From: a virus
Direction: 5' to 3' (one strand)
Length of the DNA stretch: 64,000 bases
IMG/VR virus record: IMGVR_UViG_3300028394_000057
Coordinates: 1 to 64,000 of that record
Of this stretch, positions 23,901 through 33,503 are shown piece by piece (within the stretch, counting starts at the first letter, position 1; each line of letters begins with the position of its first letter). The notes below the pieces were generated by a model that searched no databases, had not been told where the DNA came from, and saw nothing but the letters and a program-made list of their open reading frames with translations. The position numbers were made by a program, and so were the translations under genes.

Positions 23901-26900
23901 GAGAATCAATTAAGGGTGGAGGATTAACTCAAGCAAAATCTATGATTGTAAATCAATTATCTACTGCTATTGCCAGCGGAGCAATGTCTCCTGCTCAGGC
24001 TAGAAGTATTGCATCAAATCTAGGTGCTCAACTAGGAGACATGTCTTTAGGTATTGAGGTTGCAGGAAAAATAACTGACCTTGTAGGTCCAAAAGGAGAA
24101 GACTTAAAGAAAGAACCTTTGCAAATAAGACTGCGTCTTGTTGCTGACTCTATGGAGCAGTTTAAGAAGCAAGCAGAAATTTCTAATGCTAACGCAACTG
24201 ATGCCGCAAAGAATGCAGGAACATCTGGTGCAGGTATTGGTATAGGTGCTGGTGCTGGTTTAGCGGCTGGCTTTGGTGTTGCTGGTGCAGGAAGCATAGT
24301 AGCAAATCTTGGCTCTACAGGAATCTTGGCAGGAATGGCTCTTGGAACTACAGCAGGTTCTGTAGTTCCAGTTATTGGAACTATTGCTGGAGCACTTGTA
24401 GGATTCTCGATTGCTGCAGTTCAACTGCAAGGAGATATTGCAAAAAATGCAGGGTATTTACAAGCAAGTCTAGGAAGTGCCTTATCTGTTCAACAACAAA
24501 TGGTTGACTCTTTAACAGTAGATTATGAAAAGAGAATAGCGTCAGCAAAGGCTGCTGGGGATACAGCAGAAGCCACTAGACTACAAAATCAGTACCTTGC
24601 TGACCAAGCAGAGTTATTAGACTTTAATAAAAAACAAACTCAAGAAATGTATGGTATTTTAAATGAACAAAGTACTGGCTTAGGGTTTATGTTAAATGCA
24701 CAAGTTGCAAACTTGGATACAGCAAGAGAAGGTTTGAAGAAAGCATTTGAAGGAACTGGGCAAGAGGTTCAGGCTAAACTTGCACAAGAACAGATTGATG
24801 CTATGTCAGGTTCTCTTGCACAAAAGACTATGCTTATGTCAGCAGTTGGTCAAAAACAAATAGGGCTTAACCAAATTGGAGTTGCACAAAAAGCGTTTGG
24901 TTCTGACCAAGCAGGAGCAGATACTCTGCAAACGCTTATGGAAAATAGCCCAACCGAACTAAACAGAACTCTTGGTCTAGCAGGAAACATGGCTGAAACA
25001 GAGCAAAAGAAATTTGTAATAGACATGAGTCTAAAAGACCCTATTCAAGCAAAGATAATGAATGATGCTGTAGAACTAGCACAAAAAACAACTGGCGTTT
25101 TCTTTGGAGAAAAGAAAACAGCGGAAGCAATTATGAGATTTGCTGTAGAAAATCCAGAAAAGATGCTAGAGTTTCAAGAAAACGTAACAGATTTAAAAAA
25201 TATACAAGGAACAACTTTTGATATTACAGTTGCACAAAAAATTCTTGGTCCAGATTTAGCAAAGGCTTTGGGAGAAAAAAGCGTTGGAGCATATTTTAAA
25301 AAGTATAACAAGCAAAACAAGATTGTGTTCTTATCTGAATTCCAGCAGGTAATGACAATGCTTGCAAAGGGTGATGAAGACATGCTTGCATCTTGGAGAT
25401 TGTGGAATGCTGAAAATGGTGGCAAAAAAACAATGGCTGATTACGCTGCCTACCAGTCTGACAGAACAGTTACTAGTCAGGGAGTCGACAATACAATAGT
25501 TCCTGGCACTGGTACCACTGGCGGTAGTGGTAATGGTCCAGAGAGTTCTTGGCTAGACCCTTTTGTTAAAAATATAAGGGATGCTGGAACATCGACTCAA
25601 AAATTAACAACTGGTTTTAATGATTCAGCAGCAGCACTTACAAAATTTGCGAATAAAGTACCAAATTTTATTGGTTTATTTACACAACTTAAGAAAGCAG
25701 GGGCTAGTGCAAAAATTATCGAGGCTGCACTTGGCGGTGATGAAGCCACAACAGCAAAATTGATTGATACAAAAACTGGACAATTAAAAGCAGGGGCTAA
25801 AAAAATTCTTGATGGAATTAGCAAAGCCATTAGAGAACAAAAAATGGTAGACTGGATGCTCCTTACAGGGGCAGGAAAAAGACAAAAGTATAACGATATG
25901 TATCAAGCAAACCTGGATGTTCTTAAAATTGATGAAGATAAAATTAATAAAACTTATGATGATAGAATTAAAGCATTAGATGAAATAAATACTCTTCAAG
26001 AAAAAAATACTGCTCAACAACAAAGCACTTTAACTATTGCAGATGCCTTATCTAAAGGAGACATTGCAGGGGCTGCTCGTGCCGCATTAGAAAAAACAAA
26101 ACAAGACACAGCATTTGCTATTGAACAACAAAAGATAAATCTAGAAAATGCTAGACAAACAGAACTTGGAAAACTTACAACAAATATTAATGGTGTTCAA
26201 ATGACAAGAGTAGAAATAGAAGAAAAGATTAGAATTAATGCAGAAAAAATTACTAAAAGTAAAGCAGAAGAATTAGAATCTGAGATTCGTATTGGTAAAT
26301 TAGCAGAAAAACGATTTAAAGCATACAAACCAGTTCCAGGTGTGTCCACTGGTGGCGGTGGTGGTGGCGGTGGCGGCAAAGCAGATACAAAACCCACACC
26401 AGATACAAAACCCACACCAGATACTAAGCCCACACCAGATACAAAACCCACACTAGATAATAAGCCCACACCAGATACAAAACCTAGTGGCGTAGTTGGT
26501 GACATTACAAGTTCTCCACAAGGCAAAGCATTTACAGCAGCACTCAAAGGTGCTCAGGATGTTACACCTGGTGCTTTAAAGGCTGCTCAGGATTATGCTA
26601 CTGCTAAGAAAAATGCAGGGGCATCAATGAGCGATGCTGCTGCAGCAAAGAAATTTGGTGGAAAAAATACTGCAGCATTTAAAACATGGAAAGCAAATCA
26701 AACAAAACTTGCTAAAGCATTAACAGCAGCACAGGATTACGGTATTGTCGATAGTTCTGGTAACGTTCTTACAGCAGACCAAGTTACTAATGCAAGTATT
26801 TATCAAAGATATGCAATGCTTAGTTCAAAGAGTGGTCAAGCAGATGCAGCAGAATCTTTAAAAGGTATTCCAGCAGAAATTGCTTCTAGGGCAAAATTGA

Positions 26901-27682
26901 TTAAAAATTCAAATAAAGATTTTGCAGCAGACAAAACAAAACTTGATGGAATGAAGAAAACATTTGAAAAAGCAGGTGGTTTATTGTATATGCTTCCAGG
27001 ATACTATCAAACATGGTTAAATACCTCAGATGCTTTAAGACCTACAACTCCTTTTGGAAAACTTATTGCAAAAGGTGCTAAACCAGAAGAACTTATAAAT
27101 CAAGCAACAAAAATGGCAACGAAGTTTGGTGAAATAGATAATTATAGAAAAGCACTTACAAGTGCTGGGTATACAGACTCGTTGCTTTTTCAGGCTAAAC
27201 TATTTGATAGTAATTATGGTCGTGATGGACAAACTTTAAAGCAAACATCCGATTTTGCATCTGGTCAAATGTTTAAGCCACATAAAGCCTATACAGGAAC
27301 AAATATTGGATATGGTAAAAACCAAATACTTCCTGACGCAGAAAACATGCTTAGATTTGGTAATCAATATTACGCTATGGGTGGTATGGTTTATGCAAAC
27401 AAGGGGCTTAAGGTTGCAGCAAGTAAGTATGCTCTTGGAACTGATACTATTCCTGCTATGCTTACCCCAGGAGAATTTGTAATTAAAAAATCAGCAGTGG
27501 ATTCAATTGGATTAAATAAACTTAATTCTATAAACTCTGGAACATTGTCATCTAATTCAGTGTATAATTATAGTATCAATGTTAATGTTAAATCAGATGC
27601 AAATGTAAACCAAATTGCAGATACTGTTATTAGACAAATTAAACAAATTGATTCACAAAGATTAAGGAGTGTCAGTATATAA
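17924..27682 (+). CDS. Tape measure protein with inserted kinase-like cargo domains
   Basis: 3252 aa, Ala/Gly/Gln-rich and helical; TP901-type core (AVENQT..., EGANAIKSGL); C-terminal GTDTIPAMLTPGEFVI motif; synteny. Confidence 0.92.
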   Translation: MADINSNIKVNIDTSDALAQLKLLQQQISAFQQAMRNAGAQNAAAAAAMQQNLITSINATGKFRANVQTIKTSAESFTESLEKNKFSIGEYFRYAGGASKTFGKLFKSEYATITQVAKERVKELQTQYIKLGRDATGAMKAIAVKPLSLDMNNLATKTQLAAQKQQLFNQLMKQGSTSLLNFGKNTQWAGRQLMVGFTIPLTMLGSAAAKAYMQIEAASVKFRRVYGDMNTTTEEANKMVRSVQGLANEFTKYGVAVADTMDMAAQAAAMGKTGADLIAQINNAAKLSILGGVDQTKALETTISLTNAFGVAAEDLGKNIDFLNAVENQTTLSIDDLTTAIPKAAPVVKQLGGDVKDLAFFMTAMKEGGINASEGANAIKSGLASLINPSEKASKFLQGFGINVKGIVEADKGNLKKTVVDFAKALDTLDPLNRARAIEQMFGKFQFSRLSTLFQNVIAEGSQASQVAELSKNSAEELAILSEREMKKISDSPMFKFQKSIQDMQAKLAPVGEAFLKAVTPIIEFVSKILDGFNSMGEGAKNFVSMLVLAVAGIGPVLLMTFGLIANGVANIMKLFTNMKGFINKTTKPSDILGEQTSYMTTEQLKGATVAASLDQAHAKLRQTFTSEKAALDELTRSYRQAVEAQQQYSGVPGIPTGNPNAVPKRYANGVSMVPGPRGAGDIIPALLSPGEAVIPAKHAQKYAPVIAGMVSGNLPGFETGTTGVGIRQSTIGPLTQKQTEGILRTGKTLKEISDEVYAGPYGAVPPEHYVRQVEPTSGHSFPAFQVGGIYEKADGSQVFVKPQMDLTSALAEVRGTQIARDAHQLTTPMQKIVTMMDPTDPEGMRKFIALESPLNEQIAKISTSFTKGQYFKQLVASLLRGDKDLGIGNLGGDILADVGTAGVFQTASGKRKLGGSINSMEEQAIINLLGVKGGAKRFFAESTSDIAKNMSSAEYDATMKAEIQAVMPRLQATIAGFGNLSPEEKAAYANMQQRLQAGMSVDWGKYQVMHSAVPSKKYAMGGMVPGYFDGKDNVKKESDYTTEELYKLLNIQETHAFGEMNIKDPRVQAQLQKQFKESTPEDFNKFKVLSNLTISLPGKLNQLIKETSNGVSGTMFGQAYNALRGKLSKTAKMSGIKNLSDSQSLEDIIGTKFAGEPLIKDSIFARIVEQNINEQTANTSSIGAAANLIWERTKQVGTVRPKRDGLDAPRWNDLIRTMLQNDELVLVPGSEKGFPVANTPFGGRFGRIKADGIGSSKTAEGRALRKLAQDAANAWARSGNKTTPLPSVQDNNGNIVPLTWRDNSAKPGSFSTDDFAAYDDTSKKYASDLSFAPGGFDVLKNLKFFADGGMVPGYSGGTDNIVKKLSLKDLDFAGMKKDKLGAVPGGYRIIDGKKYYVKNTKSSTDASIELIMSELNQAMQNPGAHKMNMFGEGLVGSKFVPGLKNTMDSTMTNWLQSQPNKFSAAETLMAAAKDFITKDAPFNAMIGNDDGHTNNILFNPKTRKFVNLDLGVNSAKDKGKSTKFNEMAQIGIQNFKSRIMMAIRTVLSPKKADVLSKKYGIDLNAYSKGDKFSNEYDTSPEISKMAKLLGFDLSKPISENPIDLRTNPFVLSLLAKNPELAEILKLQVTSGGVNPQSALSQIFKTLQSASKKPILKFADGVFSVPGPKGAGDVVPAMLSPGEAVIPADRAAQHRGLIKGMIAGNLPGYAKGTIIPGYVHGKDEVKRIPGMPASAVTVTSFDADNQAMLAEQSKVVALEEALVAKKTDLTRLTREQIEEQMAVEDDIYRQLLEKQEELKMKHVLTEDERKLLESNKQIMLRKEEAFKLEKNVIEKEKRGLFTRNATTGKVQGLMYGLSGAAGLASTVPGAVGESAQQMLPVIGAATAAMSVIPGYAGMIVGAGAALVTAYMQVQERLNKIRDEALALGTAMGSSTKSIDKFAEFAKTVTGSQTMDKRRETSAGTFFNVVQGKTTFGEAYMQGDAGKALVKSVGESIKGGGLTQAKSMIVNQLSTAIASGAMSPAQARSIASNLGAQLGDMSLGIEVAGKITDLVGPKGEDLKKEPLQIRLRLVADSMEQFKKQAEISNANATDAAKNAGTSGAGIGIGAGAGLAAGFGVAGAGSIVANLGSTGILAGMALGTTAGSVVPVIGTIAGALVGFSIAAVQLQGDIAKNAGYLQASLGSALSVQQQMVDSLTVDYEKRIASAKAAGDTAEATRLQNQYLADQAELLDFNKKQTQEMYGILNEQSTGLGFMLNAQVANLDTAREGLKKAFEGTGQEVQAKLAQEQIDAMSGSLAQKTMLMSAVGQKQIGLNQIGVAQKAFGSDQAGADTLQTLMENSPTELNRTLGLAGNMAETEQKKFVIDMSLKDPIQAKIMNDAVELAQKTTGVFFGEKKTAEAIMRFAVENPEKMLEFQENVTDLKNIQGTTFDITVAQKILGPDLAKALGEKSVGAYFKKYNKQNKIVFLSEFQQVMTMLAKGDEDMLASWRLWNAENGGKKTMADYAAYQSDRTVTSQGVDNTIVPGTGTTGGSGNGPESSWLDPFVKNIRDAGTSTQKLTTGFNDSAAALTKFANKVPNFIGLFTQLKKAGASAKIIEAALGGDEATTAKLIDTKTGQLKAGAKKILDGISKAIREQKMVDWMLLTGAGKRQKYNDMYQANLDVLKIDEDKINKTYDDRIKALDEINTLQEKNTAQQQSTLTIADALSKGDIAGAARAALEKTKQDTAFAIEQQKINLENARQTELGKLTTNINGVQMTRVEIEEKIRINAEKITKSKAEELESEIRIGKLAEKRFKAYKPVPGVSTGGGGGGGGGKADTKPTPDTKPTPDTKPTPDTKPTLDNKPTPDTKPSGVVGDITSSPQGKAFTAALKGAQDVTPGALKAAQDYATAKKNAGASMSDAAAAKKFGGKNTAAFKTWKANQTKLAKALTAAQDYGIVDSSGNVLTADQVTNASIYQRYAMLSSKSGQADAAESLKGIPAEIASRAKLIKNSNKDFAADKTKLDGMKKTFEKAGGLLYMLPGYYQTWLNTSDALRPTTPFGKLIAKGAKPEELINQATKMATKFGEIDNYRKALTSAGYTDSLLFQAKLFDSNYGRDGQTLKQTSDFASGQMFKPHKAYTGTNIGYGKNQILPDAENMLRFGNQYYAMGGMVYANKGLKVAASKYALGTDTIPAMLTPGEFVIKKSAVDSIGLNKLNSINSGTLSSNSVYNYSINVNVKSDANVNQIADTVIRQIKQIDSQRLRSVSI
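26383..26484 (+). repeat. 18-bp tandem repeat (~5.5 copies) encoding PDTKPT, preceded by poly-Gly
   Basis: agatacaaaacccacacc repeated. Confidence 0.9.
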
Positions 27683-28308
27683 TGGCTACTAGTACATATA
27701 TGCAAGGTCGTAAAGAATATGCTAGACCTCAAGGAATTTTATTTTCTAAAAATTCTGGAACTTTGGCAGCAAATGGAACTTATGTTCCAAATGGAAATGA
27801 ATTTGGTGAATCTGGAACATTGGATGCTAATGCAGATTTTTTAATATTGTCAGATGATAATAGAGGACCAATAGATTTTAAAACCACTAGGATTGAAAAT
27901 CGTAAAAGAATGATTAATGGTCGTATGCGTTCATATCATGTTGCAGACAAGTTAACTATTAATCTTTCTTGGAATATGCTTCCATCACGTTCTTATTTTG
28001 GAAATCCAAATTTTAACGCAACTACTGGAGTGTCAGATAAAACAGAGTCATGTACAAGTGATGGCGGTGCTGGAGGAGTAGAAATTCTTAGATGGTATGA
28101 AAATAACCCAGGTCCATTTTGGATGTTTCTTTCGTATGATAAATACAGTAATTTTGATAATGATGGCAATGTAAATAGATATACTCACTTAGGAGAATAC
28201 AGTCAAGTAGTTGAAGTTTATATATCTAGTTTTGATTATTCCGTTGAAAAACGTGGTGCACGAACAGATGATTTTTGGAATATATCTATATCGTTGGAAG
28301 AGGTTTAA
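27682..28308 (+). CDS. Distal tail (Dit-like) minor tail protein
   Basis: Follows TMP; RMINGRMRSYHVADK...WNISISLEEV. Confidence 0.65.
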   Translation: MATSTYMQGRKEYARPQGILFSKNSGTLAANGTYVPNGNEFGESGTLDANADFLILSDDNRGPIDFKTTRIENRKRMINGRMRSYHVADKLTINLSWNMLPSRSYFGNPNFNATTGVSDKTESCTSDGGAGGVEILRWYENNPGPFWMFLSYDKYSNFDNDGNVNRYTHLGEYSQVVEVYISSFDYSVEKRGARTDDFWNISISLEEV

Positions 28309-28311
28309 AAA

Positions 28312-31300
28312 ATGCTTAAAACATATTCAAACGGCACTGAAATTTTTGATTTAAAAAATCATTTGCTAGATTCGCAAACAATAAAAACTCAATCAATTGT
28401 TTTGGGTGAATGGAATTTAAACATAGCAGATAATATAGAAGAGATAGGAAACTATAGATATAGACCTAGTAATTCTGCAAGTTCTTTTTATACGTTGCCA
28501 TCTACATTTACAAAAGAAACATCATCAACTACATCTCCAAAATATTATGGTGCTACATTTGCAGATGTAGTTATAGATGGTGGGTATGATATTGATAGTA
28601 ATCCAATAAGCATTTTAACTGAAAATGAAAAAATAAAATTTTATTATTCTTTAGAAGATTGTTTTAATAGGTTTCGACCACGTTCTGGAATTAATAAAGC
28701 GGTATTTCGTAAAGGATATTATTCACATTTTACTGACCTAAATATGGCAAAAAGACCAAGATATTATGTAGCAGATAAAACAAATATTTTTAAATATTGG
28801 ACATCCTATAGGACAAACGATAATCTTATACTTGGTATATCAAAAGATGCAGCACCATCATCTGGTGGATATTATATAGATGATGCTGTTCCTTTTGTTA
28901 AATATAAAAACAATATATATGCAAATAGGATTATTGTAAAAATGCAAACTCATGTAGGTAGTGCTGCAGACAAAACTTTATCTAATGACCCTTTTACTGG
29001 CGATGCAAATAAAAAAGTTCCTAAAATTTGGAGTATAGAAGTTTTAAGAAAAAATAATTCTGGAGGAACCAATTGGACTACAGAAAAAGTTTTGACTAGT
29101 TATACAATTAATAATGATGGATATGTAGAATTAGCGTATGGACCACAAATACCATCAGAATATCAAGATATTTTTACTTATGTTGCAACTATAGCAAATT
29201 CTTCTGCTTTGCCAACAAGTTCAACAAATGGGTATGCCTATCTTGTAGAATCAGACAATACATATCGTATATGGCTAAGTTCTACTTCATCTTGGGTAAC
29301 ATTTTCTGCAAGTTCTAGTTGGCAAACAATAGAATCTTTTTCAAATAGAACAATTCCATATGCAACAGATTTAGTTGGAGATGAAACAAGTCTTACTACT
29401 TTTAATTTGGGAGATAACTATACCAGATATAGAGAATTTGATGCTATTCAGGGCATTAGGGTAGCAGTAAAAACAATGAAAAATATCAACACTTCTTTTG
29501 ATTTAATTGAAATTTCTCCAAGACTTGTAGTTGACCTATCAGATAAAACATTAAATTTTTCAATTGAAAAAAAAGCATCCGACTTATCTGTAAGTGGATT
29601 ACCATTAGGAGACATCCTTGCTTCTACTGGCAAATTATCATTATTTGATTACGACCAGGCATTTGATAAAGACAATGCAAACAGTATATTGAAAGATATA
29701 ACGTTTAAAAATTTGCAATTTAAATTTTATCAAAAAATTATTGATGTTAATGGTTTAGATTATTTGGTTCCAATTAAAACAATGTATTCAGATGGATTTC
29801 CAGATTTAAGTTATTCTGATAGAACATTAGATATTACATTAAGAGATTTGTTTTTTTATTTTGAATCAGTAACTGCACCTACCGTTTTTGTTAAAAATAA
29901 AACATTAAGTTATATAATTTGTTTATTACTAGATTCTATTGGTTATTCTAATTATATATTTAAAAGAACTTTAAATGAAAAAGAAAAAATTATTCCAGAT
30001 TTTTTTATTGCACCAGATAAAACAGTAGCACAAATTTTACAAGATTTAGCAAAATCAACACAAGCATCAATGTTTTTTGATGAAGAAAATAATTTTGTTG
30101 TTATGAGTAAAAATTATATGATGCCAACATACACATCAGATATTGAAAATGGCAGAGTAACAGACATAACTCTTTCTGCTTCTACAGACCAAGGACAAAA
30201 TGACAGTCCTCTAGAATCTGAAACTTCTATACGCTCTAATGCCTCAATTGCAAATATTTTAGATATTAAAATAGAAAATCACGATGTTTATAATGATGGA
30301 AAAATTATTTATAATTCAAAGTATATTCAAAAAAATGTTTCTAATCTAGAGCAGGTATCGGCATTAGATTCAGATAAAACATACACATATCAACCAGTTT
30401 TACTTTGGGAATTGTCAACAAAAAGTGACACAAGTAATGTAGAAAAAAATACAAATGATGGATTTGCTTTGTCTGCTGTAACGTTAAAAAAGGCTATTGT
30501 TGAAGCATCACCAAGTATTTCTACAACTACTGGAAAAATTGTAAACAATACAATAGATATTGGAGAAAGCGTCTATTGGTTAAGTAATTATTCTGGATAT
30601 TTGTTTGCTAATGGTGAAATTATTAAATATGATGCAAAAGAATATTCCGTAGTAGGTGTTGATGGACTAAGCAACGTTTGGATTTCTAGTGCAAGCGATA
30701 AAGATTATTATTTTTCAAAAGTTCCATATAATGGAAAAATGTATCCTACTGGACTTATAAAAATTTATACAGAAGTTTCTTATACAGCAGATGGAGCATT
30801 GGCTACTGTTGTAAAACATGGTAGAGGACAATTTGGAACAAAAATTATTGGTCATTCTGCAGGGATACCCCAAGACTCTCCTTGGTTTACAAATACTAGC
30901 GGAGCATCAAACGATTTTGAATATTTAAGTGGCGTTAAAACATTTCCTCCAATGACTACTGAAACTACTCCTGTAGAAATTCCAACAATTTTTGGTTCCC
31001 CTGCTGCACCTGCTGGAAAAACTGTTCCATATACTTTAGCAGGTAGTAATATATATTACGAAAATGATTCAAATTTTAATACAAAAAATGGAATTATAAG
31101 AAATTTCTTATCATCAACATATCCGTCAATAAACAAATACAACAAAAGCACAGATTTACCGTTGGGAGCAGTTCAAGCATCTGCTCTTACAATTTTTGGT
31201 AATAAGAATAATGTAAGAACTTTGCCAATTAATTTTTTGTCATATTCTTATAAAGATTTAGGAAAATGTAATGATACATTTGGAACAAGAATGAGAATAA

Positions 31301-32937
31301 TGGGGCAATTGACATCAAATAAAAGTACAATTCAGAATGCAACTGGCTCTATGTCATTTTTTAAAGGAAATAGTGAAACCACCTCTGCTCTTAATGTTTA
31401 TGGTGGTTCTGGCGGTATTGCAATTTGGTTAAATCCTACAGCAAATTCTGGATATTATTTTGAGATAGCAGCATTGTCAACATACGAATCTTTAAATGAT
31501 TCAAATATGTGGTTTTATAAATTAAAAAGAAAAACTGGAAATGGACTTAAAACTAATTCAGTGAGTGGCTCATTAACTCAAGTAAATGCAGACTTTACCG
31601 ATGATAGAACTCAAAATATATTGAAAGCAACAAGTGTTGGTATTATAAATACTAATACTCAATTTAGTGCAACTCTTGCTGTTGGCGATAGAGTTAAAAT
31701 ATCTGGACAAACAAAAACAGAAAAGAATGGATTTTATTTAGTAACTAAATTAGGAACCTCAACTACTAAATGGGAAATGGAACGAGACGAACTTGCAATA
31801 CCAGAAGTATTGTGGAAAGGAAAAACTAGAATAGTCGTAGATGCTACTGGTACTGTTGGTTTGTCAAAAACTAATCCAAAAGATGAACTTCCAATATATG
31901 ATTTAAAAGTAAAATGGGAAACCATTGATAATGGGGCAATAAGATTTTCTTTATATTTAAATGATATTTTGGTTGGGGTATGCGTAGACACTGTTCCAGA
32001 AGAAAAAGGAACTCATGTTGGTCTTTTTGTAAGAGGTACTTCAAAATGTATGTTTGAACATGTTTATGCACTTACTTCTGATTATCGACAAAAATCTCCA
32101 ACTGCAACTTATTCTAAAATATTTGGAATAGAAAACATAAAAATATCAAATACTTTTAATGCTTATAGGCTTAATGAAACAATTATTACAGATTATTTAT
32201 CTAGTCAAACTACGACAGGTTTTGAAAATGATTTGTATTTTGAAGAATTTGGAACAATTTTGCGTGAGTGTGCTTATTTTAATATTCGTTATGATAAAGC
32301 ATATCCTGCTTTACTTGCAAAGATTGCCAATAATCAAAATCCATTATTAGGTTATTATGTATCTAATTTTAAATCAAGTCCATATGGTGCAGAATTTATG
32401 GTATTTAATACTACAGATTCTGTGTTACCAATGGATTCGTCAAGTGGAAATTATTTAAGAATTACTGGAGTTACCTTTACAGCAGAATCAAACAACGAAT
32501 TAACAGTTGATGATTATTTTAATAAAGCAACTGATTATTCACACACTCAGTTTACAAGTTTACCAACCAATGCAACAAATTCAAAAAATGATTTAATTTT
32601 AATAAAAAATAGCAGACTTACTTATGGTAAAAAAGATTTTTCATTGGAAGCACCTTATATTCAGGATAGGGATACTGCATACGAAATGATGGATTGGATG
32701 ATTCAAAAAATTAAAAAACCAAAAATTGCAATAGGTGTAGAAGTTTTTGGATTACCAATTGTTCAACTTGGAGACATTATTAAAATAGATTATTATATAT
32801 CAAAAATAAAAGATGGAATCACTATAACGGACAATGTTCAAATTCCAACAAATTCAAGATTTGTTGTTTATGCTATTACTCATTCAGTAGATGCAAATGG
32901 TCCGTCACAAACATTATATTTAAGCGAGGTATCATAA
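28312..32937 (+). CDS. Large tail-tip/hub protein
   Basis: 1541 aa; hub-like segments (ILQDLAKSTQASMFFDEENNFVV; GLPIVQLGDIIKIDY). Confidence 0.7.
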   Translation: MLKTYSNGTEIFDLKNHLLDSQTIKTQSIVLGEWNLNIADNIEEIGNYRYRPSNSASSFYTLPSTFTKETSSTTSPKYYGATFADVVIDGGYDIDSNPISILTENEKIKFYYSLEDCFNRFRPRSGINKAVFRKGYYSHFTDLNMAKRPRYYVADKTNIFKYWTSYRTNDNLILGISKDAAPSSGGYYIDDAVPFVKYKNNIYANRIIVKMQTHVGSAADKTLSNDPFTGDANKKVPKIWSIEVLRKNNSGGTNWTTEKVLTSYTINNDGYVELAYGPQIPSEYQDIFTYVATIANSSALPTSSTNGYAYLVESDNTYRIWLSSTSSWVTFSASSSWQTIESFSNRTIPYATDLVGDETSLTTFNLGDNYTRYREFDAIQGIRVAVKTMKNINTSFDLIEISPRLVVDLSDKTLNFSIEKKASDLSVSGLPLGDILASTGKLSLFDYDQAFDKDNANSILKDITFKNLQFKFYQKIIDVNGLDYLVPIKTMYSDGFPDLSYSDRTLDITLRDLFFYFESVTAPTVFVKNKTLSYIICLLLDSIGYSNYIFKRTLNEKEKIIPDFFIAPDKTVAQILQDLAKSTQASMFFDEENNFVVMSKNYMMPTYTSDIENGRVTDITLSASTDQGQNDSPLESETSIRSNASIANILDIKIENHDVYNDGKIIYNSKYIQKNVSNLEQVSALDSDKTYTYQPVLLWELSTKSDTSNVEKNTNDGFALSAVTLKKAIVEASPSISTTTGKIVNNTIDIGESVYWLSNYSGYLFANGEIIKYDAKEYSVVGVDGLSNVWISSASDKDYYFSKVPYNGKMYPTGLIKIYTEVSYTADGALATVVKHGRGQFGTKIIGHSAGIPQDSPWFTNTSGASNDFEYLSGVKTFPPMTTETTPVEIPTIFGSPAAPAGKTVPYTLAGSNIYYENDSNFNTKNGIIRNFLSSTYPSINKYNKSTDLPLGAVQASALTIFGNKNNVRTLPINFLSYSYKDLGKCNDTFGTRMRIMGQLTSNKSTIQNATGSMSFFKGNSETTSALNVYGGSGGIAIWLNPTANSGYYFEIAALSTYESLNDSNMWFYKLKRKTGNGLKTNSVSGSLTQVNADFTDDRTQNILKATSVGIINTNTQFSATLAVGDRVKISGQTKTEKNGFYLVTKLGTSTTKWEMERDELAIPEVLWKGKTRIVVDATGTVGLSKTNPKDELPIYDLKVKWETIDNGAIRFSLYLNDILVGVCVDTVPEEKGTHVGLFVRGTSKCMFEHVYALTSDYRQKSPTATYSKIFGIENIKISNTFNAYRLNETIITDYLSSQTTTGFENDLYFEEFGTILRECAYFNIRYDKAYPALLAKIANNQNPLLGYYVSNFKSSPYGAEFMVFNTTDSVLPMDSSSGNYLRITGVTFTAESNNELTVDDYFNKATDYSHTQFTSLPTNATNSKNDLILIKNSRLTYGKKDFSLEAPYIQDRDTAYEMMDWMIQKIKKPKIAIGVEVFGLPIVQLGDIIKIDYYISKIKDGITITDNVQIPTNSRFVVYAITHSVDANGPSQTLYLSEVS

Positions 32938-33503
32938 TGTTAAATGGAGCAAAACCAGTAACATCAAATAATATTTCAACTATTACTGCAACAGCGGCTA
33001 AAGCAACCACTACAAAACCAGCAGTTAAAATTGCAACATCTAATTTATTTATAGATACATTAAATGTTCCAGACTATAAATCGATAGAAGATTTAATATT
33101 TGAAACATTAAACTCTGGAGAAATACTTGATTATGGTAATACACAGGCTACAGTTGTTGGTAGTGTTGGAACAGGAATAAATGGTTTTCAAGATGATAAT
33201 TTAAATTTGATAGATACACGTTTATATCCAGACTCAAACATAGATGAAGAAATTCCTTATGACGGCAATGGACCAAACACTACAGATGGTTCTACAGGTG
33301 GTTCTACAGGTGGCATCGTTCCAATTGATTCAAATATAAACTATTACTATCCAATAGTTGGGAATGGAATAGGTGGAGAGTATGTTTATTTTAATACTAA
33401 TAATAACTTAGTAATTGATTTAATAAATGTAAGGGAGGGGCAGTATGTAGAGATTGAGTTTTGGAAATACGAAACAGAACTTAATGATACAATATATTCA
33501 TAA
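32937..33503 (+). CDS. Minor tail protein (putative)
   Basis: Coupled ORF in the tail-tip cluster. Confidence 0.5.
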   Translation: MLNGAKPVTSNNISTITATAAKATTTKPAVKIATSNLFIDTLNVPDYKSIEDLIFETLNSGEILDYGNTQATVVGSVGTGINGFQDDNLNLIDTRLYPDSNIDEEIPYDGNGPNTTDGSTGGSTGGIVPIDSNINYYYPIVGNGIGGEYVYFNTNNNLVIDLINVREGQYVEIEFWKYETELNDTIYS

